A stretch of DNA of 57,618 bases, filler included, from Sphacelaria rigidula (taxonomy: Eukaryota), in NCBI GenBank assembly GCA_964200075.2. It is 6 parts of 6 records of this genome, joined end to end, with 100 filler letters (N's around TTAATTAATTAA, not from the genome) between each part and the next. Parts side by side here need not be neighbours in the genome. Positions count along the whole stretch, not along the records: positions 1 to 9,521 come from CAXNAA020008303.1; positions 9,622 to 19,141 come from CAXNAA020008304.1; 4 more parts are not named here. One strand, 5' to 3'. Numbering within the stretch: position 1 is the stretch's first letter; every line of letters starts with the position of its first letter. Made by a program: the position numbers and the translations under genes. Of this stretch, positions 1 to 11,549 are shown piece after piece. Under the pieces are notes generated by a model that worked only from the letters and a program-made list of their open reading frames with translations, searched no databases and was not told where the DNA came from.

Positions 1-42
1 ATCACCTGGGCAGCTGTAATGAAGCTCGAGTCGTGATCGCAA

Positions 43-3000
43 TCACCGATGGTCCAGAAGCACCCGCTGAACTGCGCCCTCGTCGATCATGCCCTCAAGA
101 CCCGCTAAGGCTATCTCTCCTGCCGTACCCTCGCTCCATTTTACCTCGTATGAGTACCGGCGAAATTTCGCGTCGAACTGTTGCCCCACAACCCCCCCCG
201 CGAAATCTTTGGCCCCTTGCCAAGCTGGCCTCGCATGGCATTGGCCCTCTATGTACACTGTCGGTGCGCGAACCTTCCTCTGTAGCAACGTTCCCCCGGG
301 GTATATGCCGCGCGCGAGGACGGGCGCTCTGTGGGTATCGGATGCCTCGAGAACGACCTCAGCATGGTTGATGAAGGTCTGTGAAGGATTCAGGGACATA
401 AATACGGCAATGCCGCGGGCATTCTTGATCGCTGACGTCTTCATCTTCCATATCGAAGGATGCTTCGTGCTCTCCTTCATGTATGCAGACATGGGCATCC
501 CTAGGGCGGCGATGGTCGCGAAGGGGGACTGCTCGCTAGTTGTCGTTGCTCACGGTATCAGACGACACGTGGAACCGTGGCTCTTGTCTGTCACTCGCCA
601 TTGGATGTATATTGTGAATCCAATTCATGATGCCCCCAGGAGTGAACATACCGTCGGACGAGAACGCCCTCTCCCATGGGCGTGGCGATCTTCGCGCGAT
701 CACAACAGGTACAAAGTCCCGGTCCCCGTTGTCGCTAGGATTAATGCGCATAAGCGCGGTAGAATCGTAAGGCAGGTGACACTGCATGCGCCGGAAAGTG
801 TCTTCCAGTTCCAGCTCCCGTGTACTGACTGGCTCATCCCGGTCTGTGCGCCGCGCCCATTCCACTGGTGCCGGAATCACTCCTTGCCGGATCAGTGGAT
901 ACATGTGCCCCTGGCCAGTGCGCCATCTGTGGCACCTTCTCCGAGAACAGGGAAGCAGTCAAGGTAGATCGAGTGATCCTCAGAGTAAGTAGGAGTCCTC
1001 CTGTTGTTTGTCTGTTGATAGCAAGTGGCGAGAGACAGTCGCTATTCACGGATAGCAGTCCATGTGCTCTTTGTGTGGCGCCCGGTTGTGGTTGCTCTTC
1101 GCCTAATCTCATCTATTTGTCGACACAATTTCCTACCTACTATTCATCACGTCATATCAGGCAGAAACGTTTAGTAGCACATCCCCTACGCTTCTGTGGC
1201 TAGAGTCTCACCCGCAAGATAGCTGGTATGCTGCCACCACTCCTGGGGTGGACGTTGCGGCGATCCGAGATTGCGATATGCTACCGGTCACGTGGATAGC
1301 CCGAAGTGCCGATTGTGCAGATGGACGTGTTGCCGCTACATCCGTTTCTCGGACGAACATCATCTTCCGTCCGAGGAGTGTATTCTTCTATTTTGTCAGC
1401 GTGGATGTTGTCGTTTCGTCGTTGGGGTCGTTCGCGCCCTGAGTTTCACATACACACGAGCAGACAACACGGGGTGTATGATTGGGATCAATGCAACTTC
1501 ATGTAATGATGGCACTGTCAATCAAATGGCGAGGCTTTGGGTCGTGCACGGCCTCTCGCATCACTAATGCACGTAATACGCACGCGAGCGCTACCCCGCT
1601 GCGGACTCGTACTTCATGTGCAGAAATGCACGGCATTGTACCCTTTGCAGCAGGCGATGTGACAATGACACTCACCTTTCTGGTACTCGCCATCAGCAAC
1701 TGCCCACCACCTATCTTTCCGGAGAAGTCCTGCGCTGTTGTCTTGTCGACTTCTCGAAGCTCGAAGTCTAGCTCAGGCGCAAGTTTCTCGAAGAGATCGA
1801 AGGAGCTCAGGATCCGCATTCGCCCTGTAAGGACCTGATTTCTGGCGAATGTAGTCACCACGCCGCCTTCGCTGTCCGACACCCTCTTGCCGTGGCAGGC
1901 GGCAAAGTAGTGTGCTTCGATGTGGATACGGCTGCCGGTTGGTTGATGACGTACACTTTACAGTCATCGATGTGCCCGAATGACGTCGCATACTTGAACT
2001 GTTTCCCGCAATTGCCCGTCACAACAGTCACACGCGTCATGGGTGTGGCTCCGACTCTGTCAAGCATGGATGGTATTTCTGTCTGTAGTAGTCGGGTGAA
2101 GGTGTGTTGCACCCAGGCATTGTCTTGCGATTTGTCGTCGCTCAGCACAACAAACGAGTATACCCATACCTTACCGTTGAGCTTGGAAAAAACTGGGACC
2201 GGAACACAGCGTTGTAGACTCGCGATTCCAGTGTTGGGATTGAACCTCATCCTACTCGTCATGTGTATAGCGCTCTTGGAAGTCTGCCACCATGATCACG
2301 TGTCTATCTTCGAGAGTCGCGATCAACTCATTGATGGCCACATGCTGGAGCTGTTTTTGTCGTTGATGAGGGAATAGGCGTTCCGCAGTGGACCTCACAT
2401 CCTTGAACAACTCAGTCACGGAACCACTCCTCCACACCACCGCCTGATTTGACCAAAGAAAGTTCACAGACAAATGGTATGTGGTAGAGACGATCGTGAC
2501 ATGGGTTCCAGTGCGTTTGTCTCGTTTCCCGGTTTCGAAAACTGGCCTCAGGTGGGTAAGCTGAGCGAGCGGAAACGTATTGAATGACTACAGGCTTGGT
2601 TGGCTTTGATAAATGCGGTGTATGTGGTGATTATGTGTCGGACTATGCACTGCGTCTGGTTTCCCTATTCTCAGTGGTGAAACGTGCGAGATACTACGCT
2701 AGTGGTAGAAGGAATATTTGGTGATATCAACATGCAGTATCGATAGAGTCTGGATGCGATGAATGTTGATCTACGTAGTGAATTTGGTCATGCGGGTAAT
2801 TCTCGACAGATACCAAGGGAATGAATGTTGCTTGAACGATCGGGGGTGGTGACGGTTGTTTCCCTCGACGGGTGGCCGTCTCGAGCATTGGCGCGTGTGG
2901 CGAGATTCGGAGTGGTCGCTTTTGAACGTCCACGATTGATCCGTCCCAGCGGCTGCGTACCAGCGGTTTACACATTGTGATGACACCATCGTATGTGGAA

Positions 3001-5275
3001 TCTTACTACGAAAGGGCAGTGGGGATTGATGGCATAACAGAACAGTCTCATGTGTGTGGCTGACGACCTGCAAAACTCGCGGTGCGCTTGTATTCGACTC
3101 CAAGCGGTGTATATCGATGTGTGCATGCGCGTTGATCAGAAATGATGATGTCAATAATCTAAAAAGCGTTGCTGCTGTTGAGCACGGTTCGACTTTTGTT
3201 TTCGTGAAGCAGGAAGACGCCCAAGAACCCCCTCCCCCCTTCTCTATCGAAAGATGACTCTTTCCATCTGGATCGCATTAACGTAAAACACACCTTTCGA
3301 TATTGTGTTTGCGTCCCTGTTCCTTGAGGCTCCCATGACTCATCGCCGTCGTTGTCATTGTTGGCTCGGGGACGTCTGCCCTGCCGTTGCGGTCGCCGAA
3401 TCTCGTTCCCCTTCTCATCTACAGGGACGAACGCCCCCCATTTCATTTCTGATCTTCGGGCGATATCCGGTATACTCTCCATATCCTCCGCAGACTGTCC
3501 ATGACGAGGGCAGTCGAAGAAGCGTCGTTGACGTTGTCGCATTCTCCGCATGATCCCATTACACATGCGTTCAGGTGTGCTGTGACCTCACTCCCTCCCG
3601 TGGTCTTGTATAGCTTCACCTTCTCACAGAGGAGCTTGTCGCAGAGCTCTCCCATGCTGTGGACGTCTGTAACGCTCATGGATGGCAGGAAAGCTCTACA
3701 TCCGCCGTTGGCGCAAAAATCACACCGGCATGTGCATGGCAACCCAGCAGTCTCGCCGCAGTGAAGTCGTGGCCACATTCGCACGAGCGATCTCATGATC
3801 AGCTTACCCTTGTAGCAATGTGGGCACATACAGCATCTCGCAGTCTGTTTGACTACATTGAATGGCATCAACTTCGCGAAGGTAGATCTTGATATGTGAC
3901 CAGTCTCCACTTTTCCCTCCCGGAACTATGTGGTCATCGCGGAGGCGGCAACGTGGGACAGTAACAGATGTTTCACATGAGGTCCACGGCGGGAGGGCTG
4001 GTCTAACACGGTATGGCACTTCTTCCACGCGGTTTAGCATACGATGGACTTGCAGGTCGGGTGTCACATGCTGCTGCATCAACTCTGTTGAACTTTGTTA
4101 CGTAAGATCGTCCATGCGTTGTGGACACAGGGCGTGCTATCCTCGTTCACTAGTGGAGTGTCGACACTAAGCTGCATTCTCATACGCTCCGGAGCAAACA
4201 ACGACGTCATGTTTGATATCGGGCGGTGACGTCGAATGTTACAAGTATGCTGCACTGTTTATGTTTTACGTGATGAATATGTCGAGCTTACCGCCTCTTG
4301 TAGGGAATTATTAATTTTCTCGTGTTGGTCCGTCTTGGAGCCCAGCAGGAACCGCACGCCCAACGTAGGGCATCTGTCTGGTTGAAGGCATTGGAGGGAC
4401 CGGTCTACAGGGGATCGGCGATGCCGTCCTGCACTGAAGTCGTGTTTCGTCTTCGTGTCACAGGGAGATGGTTGCGTGTTATCGTCGATGACGTCGGCTC
4501 TCATCGCTGTTGCCTTGGGATTCCGGATGTCGAAGCAGTCACAGCGTCTCCGCCGTTTCCCCGTCCTGTCGCGAATGAAGGGGGTCTTTTTGAGAAGGTC
4601 TATATTCGATAGACAGTGCGAGGAACAATGTCATTGGCATGATACCGAAATACAGCCGATTTATCTATTGACGAACGCGTATATATCATGGGTGGCAGTC
4701 GCTCGCTATTCTGGTGTGGACCTCTTTCCACACACTCGCCACTGTTTCCGTACGCGATATCGGATGCCGCTAGTGTATATCTTTCGTACTTGCACTTACA
4801 ATTCAGCGGCGTCTCCGGTAGTCAGTGCTCGTTTTCTTCTGGTTGAACACTCTCCCACGAAAGTTCTCTGTAGTGGCCCGATTGCTTGGGTGAGGGCTCC
4901 GCGTGATACTCCACTCGCCGATATTACTGCGCCGAGTACTCGACGAGCGCGTGACCCTGCCTTCGAGGCTACAACGGCGGGAGTAGATAGCCATTGGTTT
5001 ATCTCCTTGATGGCCTCGACAACCGCCACCGTATCTTCATTCGATGGCCCATCGGCATGGACTACACGGTTCTCGCGAACTTTCTTCAAGTATCTCTGGT
5101 CGATGAGCGTCTTGATAATCCTATATCGGATGGCATCATCCTCCTCTGATTCAACACCCTCATTCCTTTCATGTAGGATCGTTACGGCGTTGTCGATAGA
5201 TTCCAAGATTTTACGCTGTATAGCATCGGATCTAGAATGTCTCCGTGTTGGTGCGGCTGATGACGCAGACTCCAT
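43..5275 (-). pseudogene. Decayed, intron-containing Sola2-like DDE transposase gene with Cys-rich N-terminal domain and long downstream coding region
   Basis: Minus-strand fragments read in order: MESASS...DAAEL then donor gtaagt (5275-4800); NTQPSPC (~4470); HISRSTFAKLMPFNVVKQTARCCMCPHC...LLCEK...CVMGSCGEC (3900-3540); VIMVADFQERYTHDE*DEVQSQHW (2300-2228); [frameshift] FVVLSDDKSQDNAWV...VVTGNCGKQFK; [frameshift] HYFAACHGKRVSDSEGG (~1915-1863). These match the Sola2-type pattern as I recall it: DFxENY..QxExQSxHW..SDD..D..SDGC..Q(Y/F)K..F.xxHGK..D..GG. There is an in-frame TAG at 2252-2254, frameshifts, and Gly where the second catalytic Asp is expected. Confidence 0.8.
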
Positions 5276-7355
5276 ACTGCGTATATGATGTCCACGTGCA
5301 ACAATAATGGTAAGTGGTGCATCATGTTTGTCTCATCGTCGGTTCTGCGAACGGGCGTTTGGGCGGTAGGTTCGTCTTGGATTTCACGATTTGAATGATG
5401 CGCGATTGTTGGTGGACATTAACCCTTCTGGAACCCTCCCCTCCTGTCCCCTGGCCAGACGCCTTATTATGAGAAGCCCTGACGAAGACAAAAAGATGGA
5501 AACAGAAAAGGCCGACGGCAATCATTTTTATAATGGAAGACCGAAGAAGAATGTGCTCGCTAGGAAGATCGGGTGAAGTATGTCCAATCATACCACGTAA
5601 CGGATAACGTGTGTCCAATTGTATCCATCGACAATAATCAGCAGAACCACTATGAAACATTCCATTAAAAAACAGCAGTGGGGCCCAGGGTCCAATCAGG
5701 CACATCGGATTATCAGCATCTCTGCATTTGCAGATAGATAAGGAAAGCAACGCTTTGACGTGCTGCAGCATCGGGTGGCAAGTACACCAAGCCACACCGT
5801 ACATACAGAATAGCATGGCTGATCCCAGCGAAATCCCGTCACCACATTTTGAAGGCACAGTGGGTTGTGCGAGTGGTACATGGCGGGCGTAATCGCAGGC
5901 GTCCGAACAGACGATTTACATGTACCCGGGAGGGAGCCGACGGACATCACCTACCGTAATCAGGCCAGATGACCAACACTACAGTCAGTAAATGCAGTAG
6001 GTTACAGTAGTGACTTGCGCCTACACTCCGTGCAAGATAAGTATGGGCATGTCGTAAAACATCCGCCACGAGAGTAGACGGCACGAGACGATAGCGGTAG
6101 ACGGCGTCATGAATCTCATGCAGCATGAAGTATGTCTATGCAACGGTCGGGAACGATCAACCCGCGGTATAAATGTGGTGGGGCAACTGTGCCTTTCGCT
6201 ACGCCGTTGTGTAATAGTCAGCCCGAAGTATGATGTTGTCGGCACGTACTTGGCAGAACGCAGTTCTGTTCATGCCCCGCGTTTTACAGATATATTTTCA
6301 AAATACAAAACAGACATGACACGAAGCAGTTGGGTATCACCCCTGGGGCGACGGCACTTGGCAGACTCTACACCACAGTGACGGTGCATAACTGCAGGGC
6401 ACATGGCGTCTACGTCGCCTTTACCCATTTTTCAAAGGGCGGGATGGTGCTATCGGAACGTGCATGAGCGCGATGTTGTGCATGACGTGCGTCTGCAGTC
6501 GAGATTACCTCAAACTGCTGTAAACACACCCAGTACTGTACAGGGCAGTGTCGCAGCACCCCCGGCGGCACGGAAAGGTGACTGCCTGGGATTGCATACC
6601 GCCAGTTCATACATTTAGCGAATGTGCCATCGACGTTGCCCTTGTTGCTATGACACTGCAAAGAGTATAAACTGCAGCGGGCAGGGCGTGCAGGTCAGGC
6701 CGGAAGCATGCTTCACAGAGGCCTGCCGCGCACTGTGGCCGAGCAAGGACCTCATGAGTGTAGAAAAAAAAGCCGACGGATCGCAGCAAGAAAATAGGAA
6801 ACCTTCTCTTGTTCCACTTGTTACTCGTACGGGTCCGAAAAATACGCGTTTGGCCAAAATTGTTGCGTCTAAGCTATGAACCATCAACCATATCTTGCTC
6901 AAAAATTGTCAATTGCAAATGATCAATTTTCCATTGTGATTTCCAAAAGGGTTAATTGCGATAGCGACGTCAGTACCCAACAGCGGGGCGGCACAAAACT
7001 GCCCGAACAATATGCCGGATTCATAATAATGTTGCCGTCTGAAGCCAGCAGAGCACACCACAGCAAATGGAACACGACCAGGTCTCATAGACGGCATGAA
7101 TATGCACGGTGTACCCGTACCCGTGTCAGCTTTAATATCCTCTTCGCCTTGTAACACGAGGAAGCAATGGAGTACTGACAGGTAGCACATCTCCGGGGTC
7201 GTCAGGGAAACACAAATGGCATTAGTGGTGGGCGACCGAGTGCAGCACTCAATTGACCTCTCGCAAACACGAGAAAAAGCGTTCCCTCTCGAGGGCTGGT
7301 ACGTGAAATATAAGTTGCGCTACACACCAACTTTTAACTCCAGCGCTCTATTTGA

Positions 7356-7824
7356 CGGGGGGTGTACTCATGATCAGGCATGCCATAGTCATATGACCAT
7401 TGACCTCGCATCCCTACAAAGCCGGGACGGACCACGCCGGGTTTTCGCCGGACCAGGCTCGCAATCGACCACCAAGTGCGAAGCGCCGTGGTTTGTTCGG
7501 CGAGTCGCATGAAGGAGCTGCATCCTGCTAAGATTGTTCGGCCCGAAGCCTACTGGTCATCTTGCATTTGGGCGACAGCTTACAATGAGTTGCTTTATTT
7601 TCTTGTATCGCAACTTTCAGAGGCAGCCATAACTTGTACACTGCCTCGTGGGTGTCTGACCATTTGAACACTAAGTAGTACGATCACCCCCATTGTGCGG
7701 AGTGTAGAGGTTCTCCCACGCCGCACAACATGATCTAGCTCGACCACCATCATGGTTACCCACAAAAGCGCAAGCGCGCAAAAAAATCGGTAACCTGGTT
7801 GCCTAGCTCACGCAGTGAGTAGCG
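7356..7824 (+). mobile_element. Dispersed non-autonomous repeat beginning GGGGGGTGTACTCATGAT (copy 1)
   Basis: 7455-7823 aligns in reverse complement with 9146-9521. Partial or internally deleted copies lie at ~7850-7920, ~7950-8055, ~30550-30815 (-), ~50745-50985 (+) and ~52745-52808 (-). Confidence 0.8.
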
Positions 7825-8243
7825 TGTTATATAGCGTCATCATCAACCGACGCAAACCCCATCGGTCCGCCCTTACAAAGGCAGGACGGAGCACGCCGGG
7901 TTCTCGCCGGACCAGGCTGTTTATTTCACGGGGGGGGGCGGGGGGGGGGGGGGGTACTCATGATTGTGCATGCCGTAGTTATATGACCATCGACAACTGA
8001 TCTCGCATCTCTACAGAGCGGGGACGGAGCTCGCCGGGTTCTCGGCGGACCAGGAGGGGACGGGGGGATTGCTGCAAACCCAAGTCATCCAGCGGTCGGG
8101 CGTAGTCAAACTTTTCAAAACGAAGTTGGTTCACGTGTTGAGAGAATGTCACCAGACTCGGAAAATGATATACACGGTTTTCCAGAGATCGGCACGAGTT
8201 CACGAATCAGAAAAGATCAAACTGAAATATTGGGGGGGGAAAC

Positions 8244-8455
8244 CAACAGCGAAACAACTGAGTTGTTGACTTGCCCAAAGAAAACCTCGCACTCTCAAGG
8301 AAGGGCGCGATGGAAAAACATCACTTCACGCCATGAGTTATCCGTGCACAACAGCGAAACAACTGAGTTATTGACTTGCCCAAAGAAAACCTCGCACTCT
8401 TCAGGAAGGACGCGATGGAAAAACATCACTTCACGCCATGAGTTATCCGTGCACA
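8244..8455. repeat. 105-bp tandem duplication (2 copies)
   Basis: caacagcgaaacaactgagtt...gagttatccgtgcaca starts at 8244 and again at 8349; the copies differ at only a few positions. Confidence 0.95.
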
Positions 8456-9145
8456 TTGGGTCACACCTGAAGCTAAAGCAGCTGCTTGGAGAGGCTTTCA
8501 CGATGCTTTTAACGCTTTTTTCCGTCATGGTGGATTGTGGCCAATGGGCAAAAGCTTTCTACAAGACTAGAAAAGGTGTGTGCGTGGTACCGGAACTAAG
8601 ATATGTGGCACCCCTTCCGCCCCTCCGCGGAAATCACTCAGCAGCGCGGAAAGTTCGACCGCCAATATCGTTTTGGTTCACCTGTAGCACTAGAGGAAGC
8701 TCGACAAATCGGACGCCCTTGCGAGCGTTCTGCAGACCGTGTTCTCCCGCACGCCATCGGTTTTCCCCCTCGAGCAACTCCGCCTCAATAAATCTGCGAA
8801 GCGTGCGGAATAGGGAATGTTGAAGTCACCATTCCTGCAACCATCATCAGTGCAGTGCTTGTTTACGCACTTGGGCTGCACAGATATATGGGAACCAAGA
8901 CGCCATCATGCGAAGAACGTATATTTGGCCGTTTGTCAGCTCTGCTGGCCTTGGCAAAAATGGTTGGCCTTGATCAGCGGGAAAGCGAGGATCGTTTCTG
9001 TCGTTGAAGATGTTCGTGGACGTTCAGCTCTTCGAGCGCACCGGCGTTTTTCCTACGGGAAAATATTCACTACAAACAAATGCTTTTCTTGCCGTTTCCC
9101 ACACCGTTCTGGCAAGCTTCAACCCTCCCTCCCCCCTCAACCAAG

Positions 9146-9521
9146 CTACTCACTGCGTAAGCTAGGCAACCAGGTGACAGATTTTTTTGCGCGCGTGCGT
9201 GTTTCTTGCGGTAACCATGATGGTAGTCGAGCTAGACCATGTTGTACGGCGTGGGGGAACCTCAACGCCGCACACTGAGGATGATCGTACTACTACGTAG
9301 TGTTTAAATGGTCAGACATCCATGAGGCAGTGTATAAGCCGTGGCTGATTTCTGGAAGTGGCGATACCAGATAATAGAGCAAGTCGTTGTAGGCTGCCGC
9401 CCAAATGCAAGACGATCAGAACGCTTCGAGCTGAGCAATCTTCGCAGGATGCAGCTCACCCTTCATGCGACTCGCCGAACACACCACGGCGCTTCGCGCT
9501 TGGTGATTGAGTGCGAGCCTG
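9146..9521 (-). mobile_element. Inverted copy of the 7356-7824 repeat, truncated by the contig end
   Basis: For example gctactcactgcgtaagctaggcaaccagg is the reverse complement of cctggttgcctagctcacgcagtgagtagc, apart from one mismatch. Colinear similarity continues up to the N linker. Confidence 0.85.
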
Positions 9522-9621
9522 NNNNNNNNNNNNNNNNNNNNNNNNNNNNNNNNNNNNNNNNNNNNTTAATTAATTAANNNNNNNNNNNNNNNNNNNNNNN
9601 NNNNNNNNNNNNNNNNNNNNN
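9522..9621. other. Artificial contig linker (44 N + TTAATTAATTAA + 44 N)
   Basis: Identical 100-bp spacer with stop codons in all frames; it recurs every ~9620 bp. Confidence 0.98.
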
Positions 9622-9661
9622 GGGTGGGGGGGGGGGGGGGGGGGGGGGGAGGGGGGGGGGA

Positions 9662-9733
9662 ATCCCGAGCCAGGACTCGAACTCGATTCCCGGTGTAAAG
9701 GAAATGTGTTCTACCTAAGGAATATGAGCGGGA
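9662..9733 (-). pseudogene. Degenerate tRNA-like sequence (tRNA pseudogene or SINE head)
   Basis: Minus strand reads tcccgctc...ggtagaacac...tttacac...gagttcgagtcctggctcggga. It has a B-box-like GTTCGAGTCC and complementary tcccg/cggga ends, but the arms pair poorly. Confidence 0.35.
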
Positions 9734-9866
9734 GAAAAAAGCACCTAGTCGTGGGAAGAGCACGTAGTAATATACACTGTAGTATTACGGTTTTATGCCC
9801 AACCAATAACTTCATTTTATTTGAACCGCTTCGAAGCGCAAACCTGTTAGTCTGTGATATACCTCT

Positions 9867-9938
9867 TCATGATGATAACGGCGAACGATATAATATCATG
9901 ATAACGGCGAACAATGTAATATCATGATAACGGCGAAC
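9867..9938. repeat. 26-bp minisatellite (~3 copies)
   Basis: atgataacggcgaac occurs three times at 26-bp spacing. Confidence 0.9.
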
Positions 9939-10910
9939 ACTGCACCCACTCTATATTTATATTGCAACATAGTACGTAAAAACTCACCGGGTTCACGATA
10001 GACTCATCTCCCTGCAATGCGTGAGAGGACTGCATGCTTAGGGGACCGCATCGGAATTTGAACATCCCTATGGTTAGGGTTAGGGTGCGGGTTAGTACTT
10101 GCGTGCTGTTCGATGACCATGCCAGTGCAGGATGGATCGGCGGAAGCGCACGCCCGACGCTGCGGCTGATTAGCACCTCTCGAGCGTGATCTCCTCTCGT
10201 CTTTCGAGCGCATCTTCTTTTTCTTGGTAAGGGAAAAGCTGAGCATATCGCTGAGCATATCGTGTGTGGTTGTGGTTCTTGAGGAGATCTGATGTTGTGA
10301 CGAAGTAGGGTGGAGGTATTTTTCGCCGGTGTTCTCGAGTATGATCCGGGTGTGGTTCAGTATATAATACACTGTATAATTACGGTTTCAGCTCACGATA
10401 GACTATCTCTGATACGGTTTCAGCTCATGACAGACTATCCCGTGCACCCGCTCTAAATATACTTAGAAAATAATGACGTGCGGGAAATTCGACGGAGCTC
10501 GCGACGGGGGGTCATCGTTGCGTTGCGCTTTTCCAATGCCCGCGCCGAACCGATCGCTTCAATTACATGTGCGTTGACGTTGTCAACGGGTTTCGACGGC
10601 AAAAACTGCCGTAACACGAGGGTTGAGCCCCACGCGCTGTGTGGCCGCAACCACAGGAGTTTCTCATTGGAACATGATCCGTTCAATGATAATCGGTTAA
10701 ACGATGCTCATCAATGACCATTCACTTTCATACTATTACCGTAGTTAAAATGTAGCACGAACCACGTGGAACGAATCCGCGCATTGGACCCACAGCATTG
10801 GCATTCGCCCGAACAGTCATCCCCTGACGCGGGCGCGGAGGAACTTGTGCACTAATTCCAGCACAAATCGCGTGGACGCCTCCTTACCATAACCGCTGCG
10901 CGCTCGTGCG

Positions 10911-11438
10911 CCCTAAAAATCTTATATATACGTATATATCAAACCCATTTGACAACTCTCCGTAGCCATGCACACGACGTTCTGGGGCTTCTTTTCAAGC
11001 ATTACTCGAAAATCTGCCCGGGCTCCGGCGTCCATCGCGTCTCGACCGTTCTTAAAGCGTACACCATACTTATAATACCCAATATATATATATATATATA
11101 TATATTGACCGGCCAATACAGTGGCACCCACGCGGCCCCAATATGTATTGATCAGTCAATATGTTCTCACCAGTGCGACCCTGATATATATTGGTCGTGC
11201 AGTGCGTCGTTGCCCACACTGCCCCAATATATGTTGATGGGACAATGTGTATGCAATTCCACGATACCAATATATATTGGGCGGGCGATATGAATGCAGT
11301 CCCACGACACCAGCATATATTGGGCGCGCCATACGTGTGCAGTCCAAGGGTAACAATATATATTGCGCCGGTAATATATCGCAATATTCCAATATGATCG
11401 ACTAATATATGTTGGAAACACATTTGTGTTGTCCAGGG
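10911..11438. mobile_element. Putative non-autonomous DNA element with internal ~42-43-bp CAATATATATTG subrepeats
   Basis: Begins CCCT and ends TTGTCCAGGG, with about 8 degenerate palindrome-cored units. 11013-11450 aligns in reverse complement to 24750-25196. No TSD was seen. Confidence 0.7.
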
Positions 11439-11549
11439 TGTAAAATCATTCAAAGATTTTGGTGTGGATACGAAGATTTTAATATTCAGGGTTTTCACCC
11501 CAATGAAAGGCTCCATCCTGAATTTTGATGATGGGCTGTCTCTGATCCG

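Noticed and set aside
89..967. 292-aa plus-strand ORF (and 4455-5288, 1892-2377)
   Set aside because: These are antisense shadows of the minus-strand transposase region and have no recognisable motifs of their own.
9566..9577. TTAATTAATTAA as a biological motif recurring every ~9.6 kb
   Set aside because: It is embedded in fixed-length N runs and is a synthetic all-frame stop linker. ORFs containing X runs that end there are artefacts.
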